DNA of 64,000 nucleotides from Prevotella sp. (GTDB lineage Bacteria > Bacteroidota > Bacteroidia > Bacteroidales > Bacteroidaceae). The notes beneath the pieces are model-generated. The model saw only the letters and a list, made by a program, of their open reading frames with translations, ran no database searches and was not told where the DNA came from. Below are positions 28,202-37,400 of the stretch, in pieces. The stretch is from the NCBI GenBank assembly GCA_022779305.1, contig JALFSW010000057.1:11910-75909 (forward strand), given 5' to 3'. How positions within the stretch are numbered: the first letter of the stretch is position 1; every line of letters starts with the position of its first letter. The position numbers and the translations under genes were made by a program.

Positions 28202-30250
28202 TTATTCTTTTCGTTCCAACTCCTTTTGTAAGCGCAGGATTTCATCTCTGTATTGCGCTGCCTGCAAGAAATCAAGGTCTTTTGCAGCTTGCTTCATCAA
28301 GGCAGTGGTGTTGGCGATGCTCTTTTCAAGCTGACTGCGTGTCATATACGCTACGATAGGGTCGGCTGCAATGGCGGGTTCTGCATCGTGGGCGGGTAGG
28401 GTATAGGTGGTTTTTGATGTTTTCGTTTTACTGATTGACATCGATTGTTTTATTTCGCCAGTTGGCAACACATCTTTGATCGTTCGTGTGATTTGCGTAG
28501 GCGTAATACCATTTTCCTCGTTATATTTTAGTTGTTTTTCTCTTCTCCGCATTGTTTCGTCAATGGTTTTTTGCATACTGTCGGTTATGGTGTCGGCATA
28601 CATGATCACCTTCCCATTAACGTTTCTTGCGGCACGCCCCGCCGTCTGTGTCAAACTTCGATGACTTCTCAAGAAACCTTCTTTATCTGCGTCCAAAATA
28701 GCGACAAGTGAGACCTCGGGCAAATCGAGTCCCTCTCGTAAGAGATTGACACCCACAAGCACATCATAGATGCCCGCCCGCAAGTCATTGATGATTTTAA
28801 TTCGGTCGAGACTTGCTACGTCGCTGTGTATGTAAGCCGTTCGCACTTCATGGTTCAGCAAATATTCTGTCAGTTCTTCTGCCATGCGCTTTGTGAGCGT
28901 GGTGATGAGCACCCGTTCTTCTTTTTCAGCCCTCACCAAAATCTCCTCCAAAAGATTATCGATTTGATTTTCCGACGGACGCACTTCTATTTGAGGGTCG
29001 AGCAAACCAGTTGGACGTATTACCTGTTCCACGACAACACCTTCGGTTTCTTCCAATTCAAAATTGGCAGGTGTTGCTGAAACATAAATCACTTGATGAA
29101 TGAGCTGATGAAATTCTTCAAATTTCAGCGGACGATTGTCAAATGCGGCAGGTAGACGAAAACCAAACTCAACAAGGTTTTGTTTGCGCGCTCTGTCACC
29201 ACCATACATCGCAGAAATTTGCGGAACGCTCACATGACTTTCATCTATGATGATAAGATAGTCTTGCGGAAAAAAATCTAAAAGACAATAAGGACGTTGT
29301 CCAGGTTCTCTTCCATCAAAATAGCGAGAATAATTCTCTATACCCGAACAATGCCCAAGTTCTTTTATCATCTCCATATCGTACTCTACACGCTCTTTAA
29401 TGCGTTGAGCCTTAATATTTTCTCCTATTTCGCTAAAGTAATCAATTTGCAAAACAAGGTCGTCTTGTATTTGTCGGATAGCGTTTGCTGTTTGTTCTTT
29501 CGATGTAACAAAAAGATTTGCTGGACTGAGGGCATATTCTGTAAAAGACGCTATTCGCTGATAATCTGTTGAGGTGAGCTCTTCGATGTTGTCGATTTCA
29601 TCGTCCCACCACGTTACTCTTAAGATATTGTCGCTGTAAGCAATTGCAATGTCCACCGTTTCGCCTTTCACTCGGAAATTGCCTCGCTGCAAATCAAGGT
29701 CGTTTCGTGTGTAAAGCGCATCCACTAGTTGTCTCAAAAAGTCGTTTCTGTTCAGCGTCATTCCCTGTTTAATATGGATCACGCTGTCTTTCATTGCGAC
29801 AGGACCACCCATACCATATATACATGAAACCGAAGAAACCACAATCACATCCTTTCTGCCCGATAGGAGTGATGAAACGGCAGAAAGACGAAGTTTGTCT
29901 ATCTCGTCATTGATTGCCAAATCTTTTTCAATGTAAGTATCGGTCGTAGGCAGATAGGCTTCAGGTTGATAATAATCATAATACGACACGTAATACTCTA
30001 CTGCATTATAAGGAAAAAAGCCCTTCATTTCTTCGTAGAGTTGCGCTGCCAAAGTCTTGTTGTGCGAAAGAATGAGTGTCGGCTTGTTCACATTGGCAAT
30101 CACGTTTGCCATTGTGAAAGTTTTTCCAGATCCCGTTACCCCTAACAACACTTGACTTTTGTCACCTCGGTTCAGCCCGTCAGTTAATTCTCGGATGGCT
30201 TCTGGTTGGTCACCCGTTGGTTGATATCTTGATATTAATTGAAAATCCAT
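28202..30250 (-). CDS. uvrB: excinuclease ABC subunit B
   Basis: Motifs YQPTGDQPEAI, GVTGSGKT and helicase motifs, plus a C-terminal UVR domain (AAQYRDEILRLQKEL). Start set at MDFQL. Confidence 0.96.
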   Translation of the reverse strand: MDFQLISRYQPTGDQPEAIRELTDGLNRGDKSQVLLGVTGSGKTFTMANVIANVNKPTLILSHNKTLAAQLYEEMKGFFPYNAVEYYVSYYDYYQPEAYLPTTDTYIEKDLAINDEIDKLRLSAVSSLLSGRKDVIVVSSVSCIYGMGGPVAMKDSVIHIKQGMTLNRNDFLRQLVDALYTRNDLDLQRGNFRVKGETVDIAIAYSDNILRVTWWDDEIDNIEELTSTDYQRIASFTEYALSPANLFVTSKEQTANAIRQIQDDLVLQIDYFSEIGENIKAQRIKERVEYDMEMIKELGHCSGIENYSRYFDGREPGQRPYCLLDFFPQDYLIIIDESHVSVPQISAMYGGDRARKQNLVEFGFRLPAAFDNRPLKFEEFHQLIHQVIYVSATPANFELEETEGVVVEQVIRPTGLLDPQIEVRPSENQIDNLLEEILVRAEKEERVLITTLTKRMAEELTEYLLNHEVRTAYIHSDVASLDRIKIINDLRAGIYDVLVGVNLLREGLDLPEVSLVAILDADKEGFLRSHRSLTQTAGRAARNVNGKVIMYADTITDSMQKTIDETMRRREKQLKYNEENGITPTQITRTIKDVLPTGEIKQSMSISKTKTSKTTYTLPAHDAEPAIAADPIVAYMTRSQLEKSIANTTALMKQAAKDLDFLQAAQYRDEILRLQKELERKE

Positions 30251-30353
30251 TCTGAGGCACAAAGTTAAGAAAAAGATTGCGTTTTTTAGCTTTTAAAAAT
30301 AATATTTTTCATTAAAATATATATACACGTTTGGCACTTTATGGAATAATGTG

Positions 30354-30361
30354 TAACTTTG
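30354..30361 (+). promoter_or_regulatory. Bacteroidota -7 promoter box (TAACTTTG)
   Basis: Perfect TAnnTTTG match, 18 nt upstream of the bamD ATG at 30379. Confidence 0.45.
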
Positions 30362-30378
30362 CAGTTCAAAACAGAATT

Positions 30379-31206
30379 ATGAAGAAGAACATTCTCTGCT
30401 TAATGGCATTTGTGTTGCTGCTCACAAGTTGTGCGCATGAATACAATCAGGTTTATAAGTCAACGGATTACACTTATAAATATGAATTTGCAAAGGAATG
30501 CTATGCCAAAAAGAAATATAGTTTTGCCGTGCCACTTCTGCAAGATGTGGTAACAATAATGAAGGGAACAGACAATGCACAGGAGTCTCTTTATCTGTTG
30601 GCAATGTCCGAATATGGTCTGAAAGACTATGAGGCTGCGTCAGAGGCATTTAAAAAATACTGTCAAACCTATCCACATGGTAACTATGCAGAAATGGCAG
30701 CGTTCTATATTGGACAAAGTCTCTATGAAGGTGCACCCGAAGCCCGTCTCGATCAAACACCGACCGTGGCTGCCATCGCTGCTTTTCAGAACTATTTAGA
30801 CCTTTATCCAAATGGCATTAAGCGTGGATCTGCTGAGCAACGCTTGTTTGAATTGCAAGACAAACTCATTCGCAAGGAATACCTTAACGCTAAATTGTAC
30901 TACAATTTGGGCTCCTATTTTGGCAATTGCACCAGCGGTGGCAACAACTATGAAGCCTGCATCATTACGGCAGAAAATGCGTTGAACGATTTTCCATACA
31001 CCACATTGCGTGAAGACTTTGCACTTTTGATAATGAAAAGCAAATATGAATTAGCACAAATGAGTGTAGAGGAAAAGAAATTAGAGCGCTTTCAGGATGC
31101 AGAAGATGAATGCTATGGTTTCATCAACGAATATCCCGACTCTAAAGAACGTGCAACTGCCGAGAAATACATTGAAAAATGTAAGCAGTTCACCGAAAAA
31201 CGATAA
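30379..31206 (+). CDS. bamD: outer membrane protein assembly factor BamD
   Basis: Lipobox LLLTSC and TPR-like repeats. The conserved bamD-rpoZ-DUF4293 gene order follows. Confidence 0.8.
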   Translation: MKKNILCLMAFVLLLTSCAHEYNQVYKSTDYTYKYEFAKECYAKKKYSFAVPLLQDVVTIMKGTDNAQESLYLLAMSEYGLKDYEAASEAFKKYCQTYPHGNYAEMAAFYIGQSLYEGAPEARLDQTPTVAAIAAFQNYLDLYPNGIKRGSAEQRLFELQDKLIRKEYLNAKLYYNLGSYFGNCTSGGNNYEACIITAENALNDFPYTTLREDFALLIMKSKYELAQMSVEEKKLERFQDAEDECYGFINEYPDSKERATAEKYIEKCKQFTEKR

Positions 31207-31233
31207 TTTAAAAGACAATTAAACATATCATCA

Positions 31234-31575
31234 ATGGATTACAGAAAGTCAAAATCACCAGTCAATACCGTAACGCGTGACGTTGTAGAACTCTGGAAAG
31301 ATACAGACAACATCTATGAAAGTGTAGCAATCATCGCTAAGCGTGCTAACCAAATTTCAGTGGAAGTAAAGGAAGACCTTAGCAAGAAATTAGCAGAATT
31401 TGCTTCTTACAATGATTCGCTCGACGAAGTGTTTGAAAACAGAGAACAAATAGAAATCAGTCGCTACTATGAGAAATTGCCTAAACCATCTCTCTTGGCA
31501 ACGCAAGAGTTCTTGGATGGCGACATCTATTGGCGCGACCCTTCTAAAGAAAACAAAGAGGAAGAAAATTTCTAA
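31234..31575 (+). CDS. rpoZ: DNA-directed RNA polymerase subunit omega (Bacteroidota long form)
   Basis: Motif NIYESVAIIAKRANQI (omega/Rpb6 core). 113 aa, directly downstream of bamD. Confidence 0.7.
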   Translation: MDYRKSKSPVNTVTRDVVELWKDTDNIYESVAIIAKRANQISVEVKEDLSKKLAEFASYNDSLDEVFENREQIEISRYYEKLPKPSLLATQEFLDGDIYWRDPSKENKEEENF

Positions 31576-31578
31576 ACA

Positions 31579-32031
31579 ATGATACAAAGAAAACAAACAA
31601 TCTTCCTGATGCTTTCTGTCATCGTTGGGTTGATATGTCTTTGTTTGCCATTGGCAACTTTGCAGCCAAAGGGCATGGGTGCGGATGTTGTGATGACAAA
31701 CTTGTGGATAGTACAGGCAGATGGCACAAAGCAATTCAATGTGTCACCGCTCTTTGCACTCTTGTTATTGACAAACTCATTACAAGTTTTCACTATCTTC
31801 GATTTTCGCAATCGCAAACGCCAAATCAAGCTCTGCACATTGGCTTTCCTTCTTCTCTTAGGGTGGTGTGGAGTGTATGCCTATTTCACATTCTGCGCAT
31901 TTGAAGGCTATGACCTCCACAGAAACATTACTGCTATTTTGCCTGTCGTATCGATAGTTTTAGTCTTGATGGCACGCCAATCAATTGCTGCAGACGAAGA
32001 ATTGGTGCGTTCGGCTGATAGAATAAGATAA
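31579..32031 (+). CDS. DUF4293-type membrane protein
   Basis: 150 aa with four hydrophobic helices. The call relies mainly on its position after rpoZ. Confidence 0.55.
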   Translation: MIQRKQTIFLMLSVIVGLICLCLPLATLQPKGMGADVVMTNLWIVQADGTKQFNVSPLFALLLLTNSLQVFTIFDFRNRKRQIKLCTLAFLLLLGWCGVYAYFTFCAFEGYDLHRNITAILPVVSIVLVLMARQSIAADEELVRSADRIR

Positions 32032-32160
32032 AAAATGCGTATTAAGCTGGTAAGACCAGAAGAAGACACCAAACAAAAATCGTTGGGAAGGTGCTTTCAA
32101 AGTAAAGATATTAATTTGGTAGAAGACATATAGTTTCTCTTGACTACCAATTTAAATTAG

Positions 32161-32204
32161 ATAAGGTTTGTCTTAATTATTTTTAGACAAACCTTATTTT
32201 ATTT
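32161..32204 (+). terminator. intrinsic terminator after the bamD-rpoZ-DUF4293 unit
   Basis: ATAAGGTTTGTCT taattatttt AGACAAACCTTAT gives a 13-bp stem, followed by TTTATTT. Confidence 0.7.
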
Positions 32205-32252
32205 GCAAGTTACTTACCTTCTGAAATATTTGTGAGTATGTTTCTTTTTTTG

Positions 32253-32260
32253 TATTTTTG
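32253..32260 (+). promoter_or_regulatory. Bacteroidota -7 promoter box (TATTTTTG)
   Basis: Perfect TAnnTTTG match, about 190 nt upstream of the ATG at 32450. Confidence 0.35.
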
Positions 32261-32398
32261 TCGTAGTTGAATATTTTAAGCATAGCTATGCTTAGGTCAT
32301 CGTTTTTTGGAAACTTTACCTTTAGCAAGTAATCGTTCTCCAACGCTTGCGTTAGCAGGAAAATGACTAAATGAAATTGAACGTAAAACAACTCTAAC

Positions 32399-32424
32399 GG
32401 TCTAATGACCAATTTGGGTTAAAC
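32399..32424 (+). repeat. copy 1 of the motif GGTCTAATGACCAATTTGGGTTAAA
   Basis: cggtctaatgaccaattt is identical to the reverse complement of 56563-56580. ...gggttaaa is shared with 56268-56295. Confidence 0.75.
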
Positions 32425-32449
32425 AAGAAATAAAATAAACAAAACTCCT

Positions 32450-32881
32450 ATGAAATCAGATTCTTCTCATCAACCCACCTATACCATTCCTGTGGCAATA
32501 TGTTTTTGTGTGCTTTTCTTTGGCTCGCTATTGCTGGCTTATTTGATGGAAACACGTGATATGGCACCACCCAGAAAATACGAAGTAGATATGTCGGGTG
32601 CAGTGGTCGGTATCGACACCACCTCTAAAGCTCCGGTTTTAACGAAAGAAGAAGCAAAAGAAGTAGAAGTGAAAGAAAACAAGAAGATAGACTATATCGA
32701 AACACCTACTCCCAAAAAGGAGGAAACATCTACAGAAAGCGAACCAATTATTGTTCCATCGGTTCCACAAACTCCAAATACGGGTGAACCAACGTCTAAT
32801 GCAGAACAAAAAGTGCCTACTATCAAGATTCCTAACCCCGAACCAAAGATAGTGGAACCTAAAATAGAAAATCCGAATTAG
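32450..32881 (+). CDS. membrane-anchored Pro/Glu/Lys-rich protein, unknown function
   Basis: One N-terminal TM helix (IPVAICFCVLFFGSLLLAYL), then a low-complexity tail ending EPKIVEPKIENPN. No recognisable C-terminal domain. Confidence 0.55.
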   Translation: MKSDSSHQPTYTIPVAICFCVLFFGSLLLAYLMETRDMAPPRKYEVDMSGAVVGIDTTSKAPVLTKEEAKEVEVKENKKIDYIETPTPKKEETSTESEPIIVPSVPQTPNTGEPTSNAEQKVPTIKIPNPEPKIVEPKIENPN

Positions 32882-32904
32882 TAGAATTTTCTAAGGTTTC
32901 CTAT

Positions 32905-33747
32905 TTATTCCTCAATTTCAGAGAGACTTTTTGCGAGGTTTCCAACGAAGTTACTTGTTGTTTCAAGAGGGGCATAAGCGAAGTAGCGAAATCCTCTTCT
33001 GATATTTTTACGCATTGATACGCCATTGTTTTTCAAAAAACCAGCCGAATTTTGCGTGAAACTCCAGTCTAAAGTGGTGTCTTTTGCAAGGTTTGAAACA
33101 AGGCGTATCATAATGTTTTTTGTCTCTTTTTCAATGTTTTGGACAAACGGCAGTTCATCTTTCTCAAAATAAAAGAAGTCAATCAGTATGCAGCCTTGCA
33201 ATTGTGCGATGCGCTGAAGATGCAATTCCATGAGCCATTGTTCGAGTTTCACAAAATCAATTTTGTCGCCTTTGTTTCTCATATACCAGCCAAGACGAAT
33301 GATTCCTTCCAAACTTATGCCACGATTGAGCATTGCATACGTGTTGTAAACAATGATTTTAAGTGTTTCGATGGCTTCGATAGAGGTGTCAATGTTATGT
33401 AATTCTCTATGAATAATTTTCTCTAATTTCCGATTCAAGAATTTATTGCTCAAGCGCACTTTTCCTTTTTCTATGTTCGTACCTTTTTTACGCTCCATGA
33501 GTGCATCTTGAACCCGCTGTATCAGTTCGATGGGCAACTGCATGTTTTCATCTTTGGCACAGTTGTTTACGCCCTTTACAAAGGTGGTAAGCACGTTTTG
33601 AACATCCACCATCTGAAACAGCTTATACCATTTAAATACTGACATTGGTTCAATACTTACTGTTGTATTGAACGCCCCTGAACAAAGGAGCTTAAAGAAA
33701 TTTCGCTGAATGATGTTCATAACGTGCTTTTTACTATTGATTTGCAT
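32905..33747 (-). CDS. hypothetical protein
   Basis: 280-aa ORF with coding-like composition. No catalytic motif recognised. An alternative start, MNIIQRNFF, is at 33720. Confidence 0.6.
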   Translation of the reverse strand: MQINSKKHVMNIIQRNFFKLLCSGAFNTTVSIEPMSVFKWYKLFQMVDVQNVLTTFVKGVNNCAKDENMQLPIELIQRVQDALMERKKGTNIEKGKVRLSNKFLNRKLEKIIHRELHNIDTSIEAIETLKIIVYNTYAMLNRGISLEGIIRLGWYMRNKGDKIDFVKLEQWLMELHLQRIAQLQGCILIDFFYFEKDELPFVQNIEKETKNIMIRLVSNLAKDTTLDWSFTQNSAGFLKNNGVSMRKNIRRGFRYFAYAPLETTSNFVGNLAKSLSEIEE

Positions 33748-34105
33748 CTGTTTTATATTAACGCCAAATCGTTTATGAATATTGCTTTGGAAGGCGGAAT
33801 ATTATTGCCCAAAGTGCCAAAATGCCAATCAGCATTGGGTAATATAAATTAAGGTATGAGGCTTACAGGAATAATTTGTTCATAGTTCTTTTGCAATATC
33901 GTCCACAATTAAAATTGTTACCATGTATTGGTAGTGCACGTATATATTGATGATGCTCACAAGGAAAGCTTTTCCTCAGCTCTGCACCACTGTTTGTCAC
34001 TTACGTTCTTTATATTTTCTGTATCACGAAGTCATACATCCATTTGTAGACATCCTTCACAATGATGGATAGAAGGAGATACAAGCAAATATTCAAAAAT
34101 TTTTG

Positions 34106-34113
34106 CAAAGTTA
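34106..34113 (-). promoter_or_regulatory. Bacteroidota -7 promoter box (TAACTTTG on the minus strand)
   Basis: Reverse complement of caaagtta. It would give a ~350-nt 5' UTR for the 32905-33747 gene. Confidence 0.35.
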
Positions 34114-34163
34114 AGAAAAATGTGGGAAAATGTTATTGGGTAAATCGATTTTTGAGGTAAATT

Positions 34164-34255
34164 GCAAGTGAGCTTTACTTATATTTCAGATGAGGCTCAG
34201 TTGCAAGCTAAATGAGGTTCAGTTACACAGCAAGTGAGCCTCACTTATTTTGCAG
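34164..34255. repeat. palindromic-unit repeat cluster, locus C
   Basis: The units are gcaagtgagctttacttatattt, cagatgaggctcagttgcaa, gctaaatgaggttcagttacaca and gcaagtgagcctcacttattttgcag. Colinear with locus A. Confidence 0.85.
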
Positions 34256-34381
34256 CCATTTTTACCTTTAAACCTGAATGATTATAAAGCTCTGAACCGA
34301 TTTTTATTTGTTACGGGAATGTGCTGTTTGGTTTCTTTAGAAATAAAACGTTCTTTTGACTTTTCTTTCTGAAACTTTTTG

Positions 34382-34389
34382 TATTTTTG
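34382..34389 (+). promoter_or_regulatory. Bacteroidota -7 promoter box (TATTTTTG) with TTTG 23 nt upstream
   Basis: Perfect TAnnTTTG match ending 14 nt before the kinase ATG at 34404. A candidate -33 TTTG lies at 34355-34358. Confidence 0.45.
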
Positions 34390-34403
34390 TATCACATATA
34401 GAG

Positions 34404-37400
34404 ATGAAGAAGACTAAGGTTCTGATACTCGTTGCCCTCTTGCTTGGTGCAGTAGCCTTGGGATTGGGCATTTGGTTTTCAACTTATGCAACCGCTGAAC
34501 GTCAGTTGGTGGACAAGTTGAATGAAAAAGCATATACCTTTCAGTATAAGCAACTTGACTCCGTTTCTTCTTATGCCAATCGCGCCTATTCGCTTTCAGC
34601 TGGTTATGATGTTGGTAAGGCTGAGGCGATGAATAATTTGGCTTTTGTTGATATTATTAAGATGAATTATTCGACTGCATTTTTGCGGTTGGACTCTATT
34701 TCTGATGTTACGGATAATCAAGTAGAGTTGCTCATTTCCGACATTCAGCGCATGCGTTTGTGTCAGCGCAGGTCTCTCAATAAGGATTTTTATGATTATC
34801 GTGAACAAGCCAAAAGACGCATCCGACGCATAAAAGAAGAGGAAAATTTACTCACAGAGCATCAATTCCGACGATTTCTTTATGCGCAAACAGAGCTGTT
34901 GCTCGTTACGTCGATTTATTATTATTATGTGGGTTTAGAAAAACCATCCCACGATGCTTTGTTGAGTATCAATGGCGAGGAACTCTTGCAACAAGACACT
35001 GCACAATATCTCAATTATACCTATAATATTGGTGCGGGTGGAGTGTTGAAAGGAAAAAATCAAGATGAGATTTATCAGAAAGAGTTTGAGGTGTTGATGC
35101 GTTGTTATGAGATAGCGCGCGAACATGGTTATATCTATTTTGAAGCCAATGCGTTGCAGGCGATAAGTGAAAAACTGCTGAAAACATCTGCACCCGAAAA
35201 GCTCATTGCCAATAATCCGCCTGCATTTGCCTTAATCAATAGCAATCATGTTCCTGATGAACTATTGGCAGGGAATTTGGCAGAACGTGCATTGGCGTTG
35301 TTTTCTTTCTATGGCGATATTTATCAGCGAGCCAGTGCCTACCGAACTTTGGCTTCTTGTTATTGGGACATCAAGGATTACCATTCGGCAGTGTTCTATT
35401 TACAAAGTGCATTGAAGGAAAACCCCGCCATCAGTCAGGTACCAGATTTGTTGGCATCAATTTATGAACAATTGAGTGTTACCTTCTCTGCCATCAATGA
35501 TAAGCGCACGAGTGATTACTATCGAAACCAGTATCTTGACCGACAAGAGCAAACACGACAAGACCGCTATTTAGAGGCCAGAGCTGGGCAACTTACGCAG
35601 GTTTCAGAACAGTTAAACTATATGATTATTAGTGTAATAATCGTAATAGTTATAGTAATTCTTTTGCTTTTTATTTTCCACAGAATGAAAAAGCGCGACA
35701 GCAACGGAGCAACGCTCTCTCAATTAATCCAACCGCTTAAGGAATGGCAACAGCGACACAATGTTGCAATGGAAGCATTGCAGGAGGAATTGGAGGAAAT
35801 CGAAGAAGCGGGACAGGTGGAGCAAGTACATGTGGTTAAAAATAAGGAAAAAAGTCTTGAACAGCGGGCAAAGGTTTCATTGCTCAATGCCATCACACCT
35901 TTTATCGATCGCATTTTGCATGAAATTAGGCAGTTGAAAACGAAGAAAGAAGATGAAGCTACAAGGCAAGAACGACTTTTGTATGTTTCCGAACTGACGG
36001 AAAAAATCAATGAATACAACAATGTGCTGACTGAATGGATTCAATTGAAGCAAGGCGAACTGTCGTTGCACATCGAACGTTTTTCTGTGCAAGACGTGTT
36101 TGATGTCATTGAAAAAGGGAGACGAGGATTTATTTTGAAAGGAATTGATCTGCAAATCTATCCATCTTCGGACATTGTCAAGGCAGACAAGGGGCTTACT
36201 CTCTTTATGATTAATACGTTGGCAGACAATGCACGCAAGTTCACACCAGCCGGTGGGTGTGTGGAAATTGGTTCAAAGGCAACAGACGATTATGTAGAAA
36301 TTTTTGTTACAGACAATGGGACAGGCATTGCTCCAGAAGTGTTGAAAGACATTTTTTCGCCGAAAGTAATCATTGACAACCCAAAAGACGAATCGCACGG
36401 ATTTGGTTTAATGAATTGCAACGGCATTATTAACAAGTATAAGAAAACGAGTAAACTCTTCAGTGTCTGTTCATTGGGTGCAGAAAGTGAAGTGGGGCAG
36501 GGTAGTCGTTTCTTTTTCCGCTTGCCAAAGGGTATCAGTCATTTACTTTTATTGTTGAGCACATGGGCTTGTTTGTCGCTTTTGCCCGCTTCTTTGGTGG
36601 CAGCCGAGAAACGACAGAAATCTGAACGAGAGGCAGACATTGTTCCATCGAAATACTTAGATGCTGCTAATCATTATGCAGATTCAGCATATTATAGCAA
36701 TGTGAAGGGAAATTATGACGCAACGATGCGTTTCGTGGATTCTTGTTTGGTGAATTTGAATAAGCATTATTTATTGCTCTATCCGAAGGGTAAGTATTTG
36801 ATGCGTTTCAATGCGCCCAAGACAGAAATTGCAGCAGAGATTTTTTGGTTTCAAAATGGGGTGAATACAAATTATAGCATCATCTTAGACATCAGAAATG
36901 AGTGTGCTGTTGCTGCGCTGGCTTTGCATCAATGGGATTTGTATCGTTACAGCAATAGCGTCTTCACACATCTTTACAAAGAGTATTATGCCGATAGAAC
37001 GTTGGCTGATTATTGTAGGATGATGCAGCGTTCAAAGACGAATAAGAACGTGGCTATCAGTTTGTTGATAGTCTTTTTGCTGGCCATTCCTGTCATTTAT
37101 TATTTTATGTATTATCGCCATCAATTGTTTTATAAGTTTTGTGTAGAACAGTTGCGTGGCATCAATGACATTCTCCTTAGCGATTGGACTACGGAAGAAA
37201 AGCTACGACGGATTAATAAGGTGAAAATTGATAAATTTCCGCTTTCATTGCGCGAGATAGTAGACACGATTATTGACGCTTTGCAGGCGGCAAAAACTCA
37301 GGAAGAGCGTATGCTGCTCCGCATAGAATGGTCGACCGATCATTTAAAACGATTGGCTTATGAGGATCAGAACTTGCATGTAAGCAATAATATTTTGGAT

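Noticed and set aside
28170-28203. Hairpin GGCGCAGATTCTGTT...AACAGGATTTGCGCC overlapping the uvrB stop, considered as a terminator
   Set aside because: It has two mismatches, overlaps the coding end, and has no U-tract on the minus strand. I was not confident enough to list it.
32111-32128. Possible degenerate inverted partner (ttaatttggtagaagac) for the motif at 32399-32424, which would give a second ~314-bp element
   Set aside because: The match is weak, with several mismatches in the GGTC...GACC part. The orientation is also inside-out relative to the 56268-56580 element, so the similar length is probably coincidence.
32194-32412. 72-aa ORF on the minus strand
   Set aside because: It overlaps the plus-strand terminator, the candidate promoter and the 5' UTR of the 32450 gene. 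It has no recognisable motif or start context.
33880-33924. Micro-ORF MVTILIVDDIAKEL* resembling the start of a response-regulator receiver domain
   Set aside because: It is only 14 codons, I could find no continuation in any frame, and ILIVDD can arise by chance. That is insufficient to call a pseudogene.
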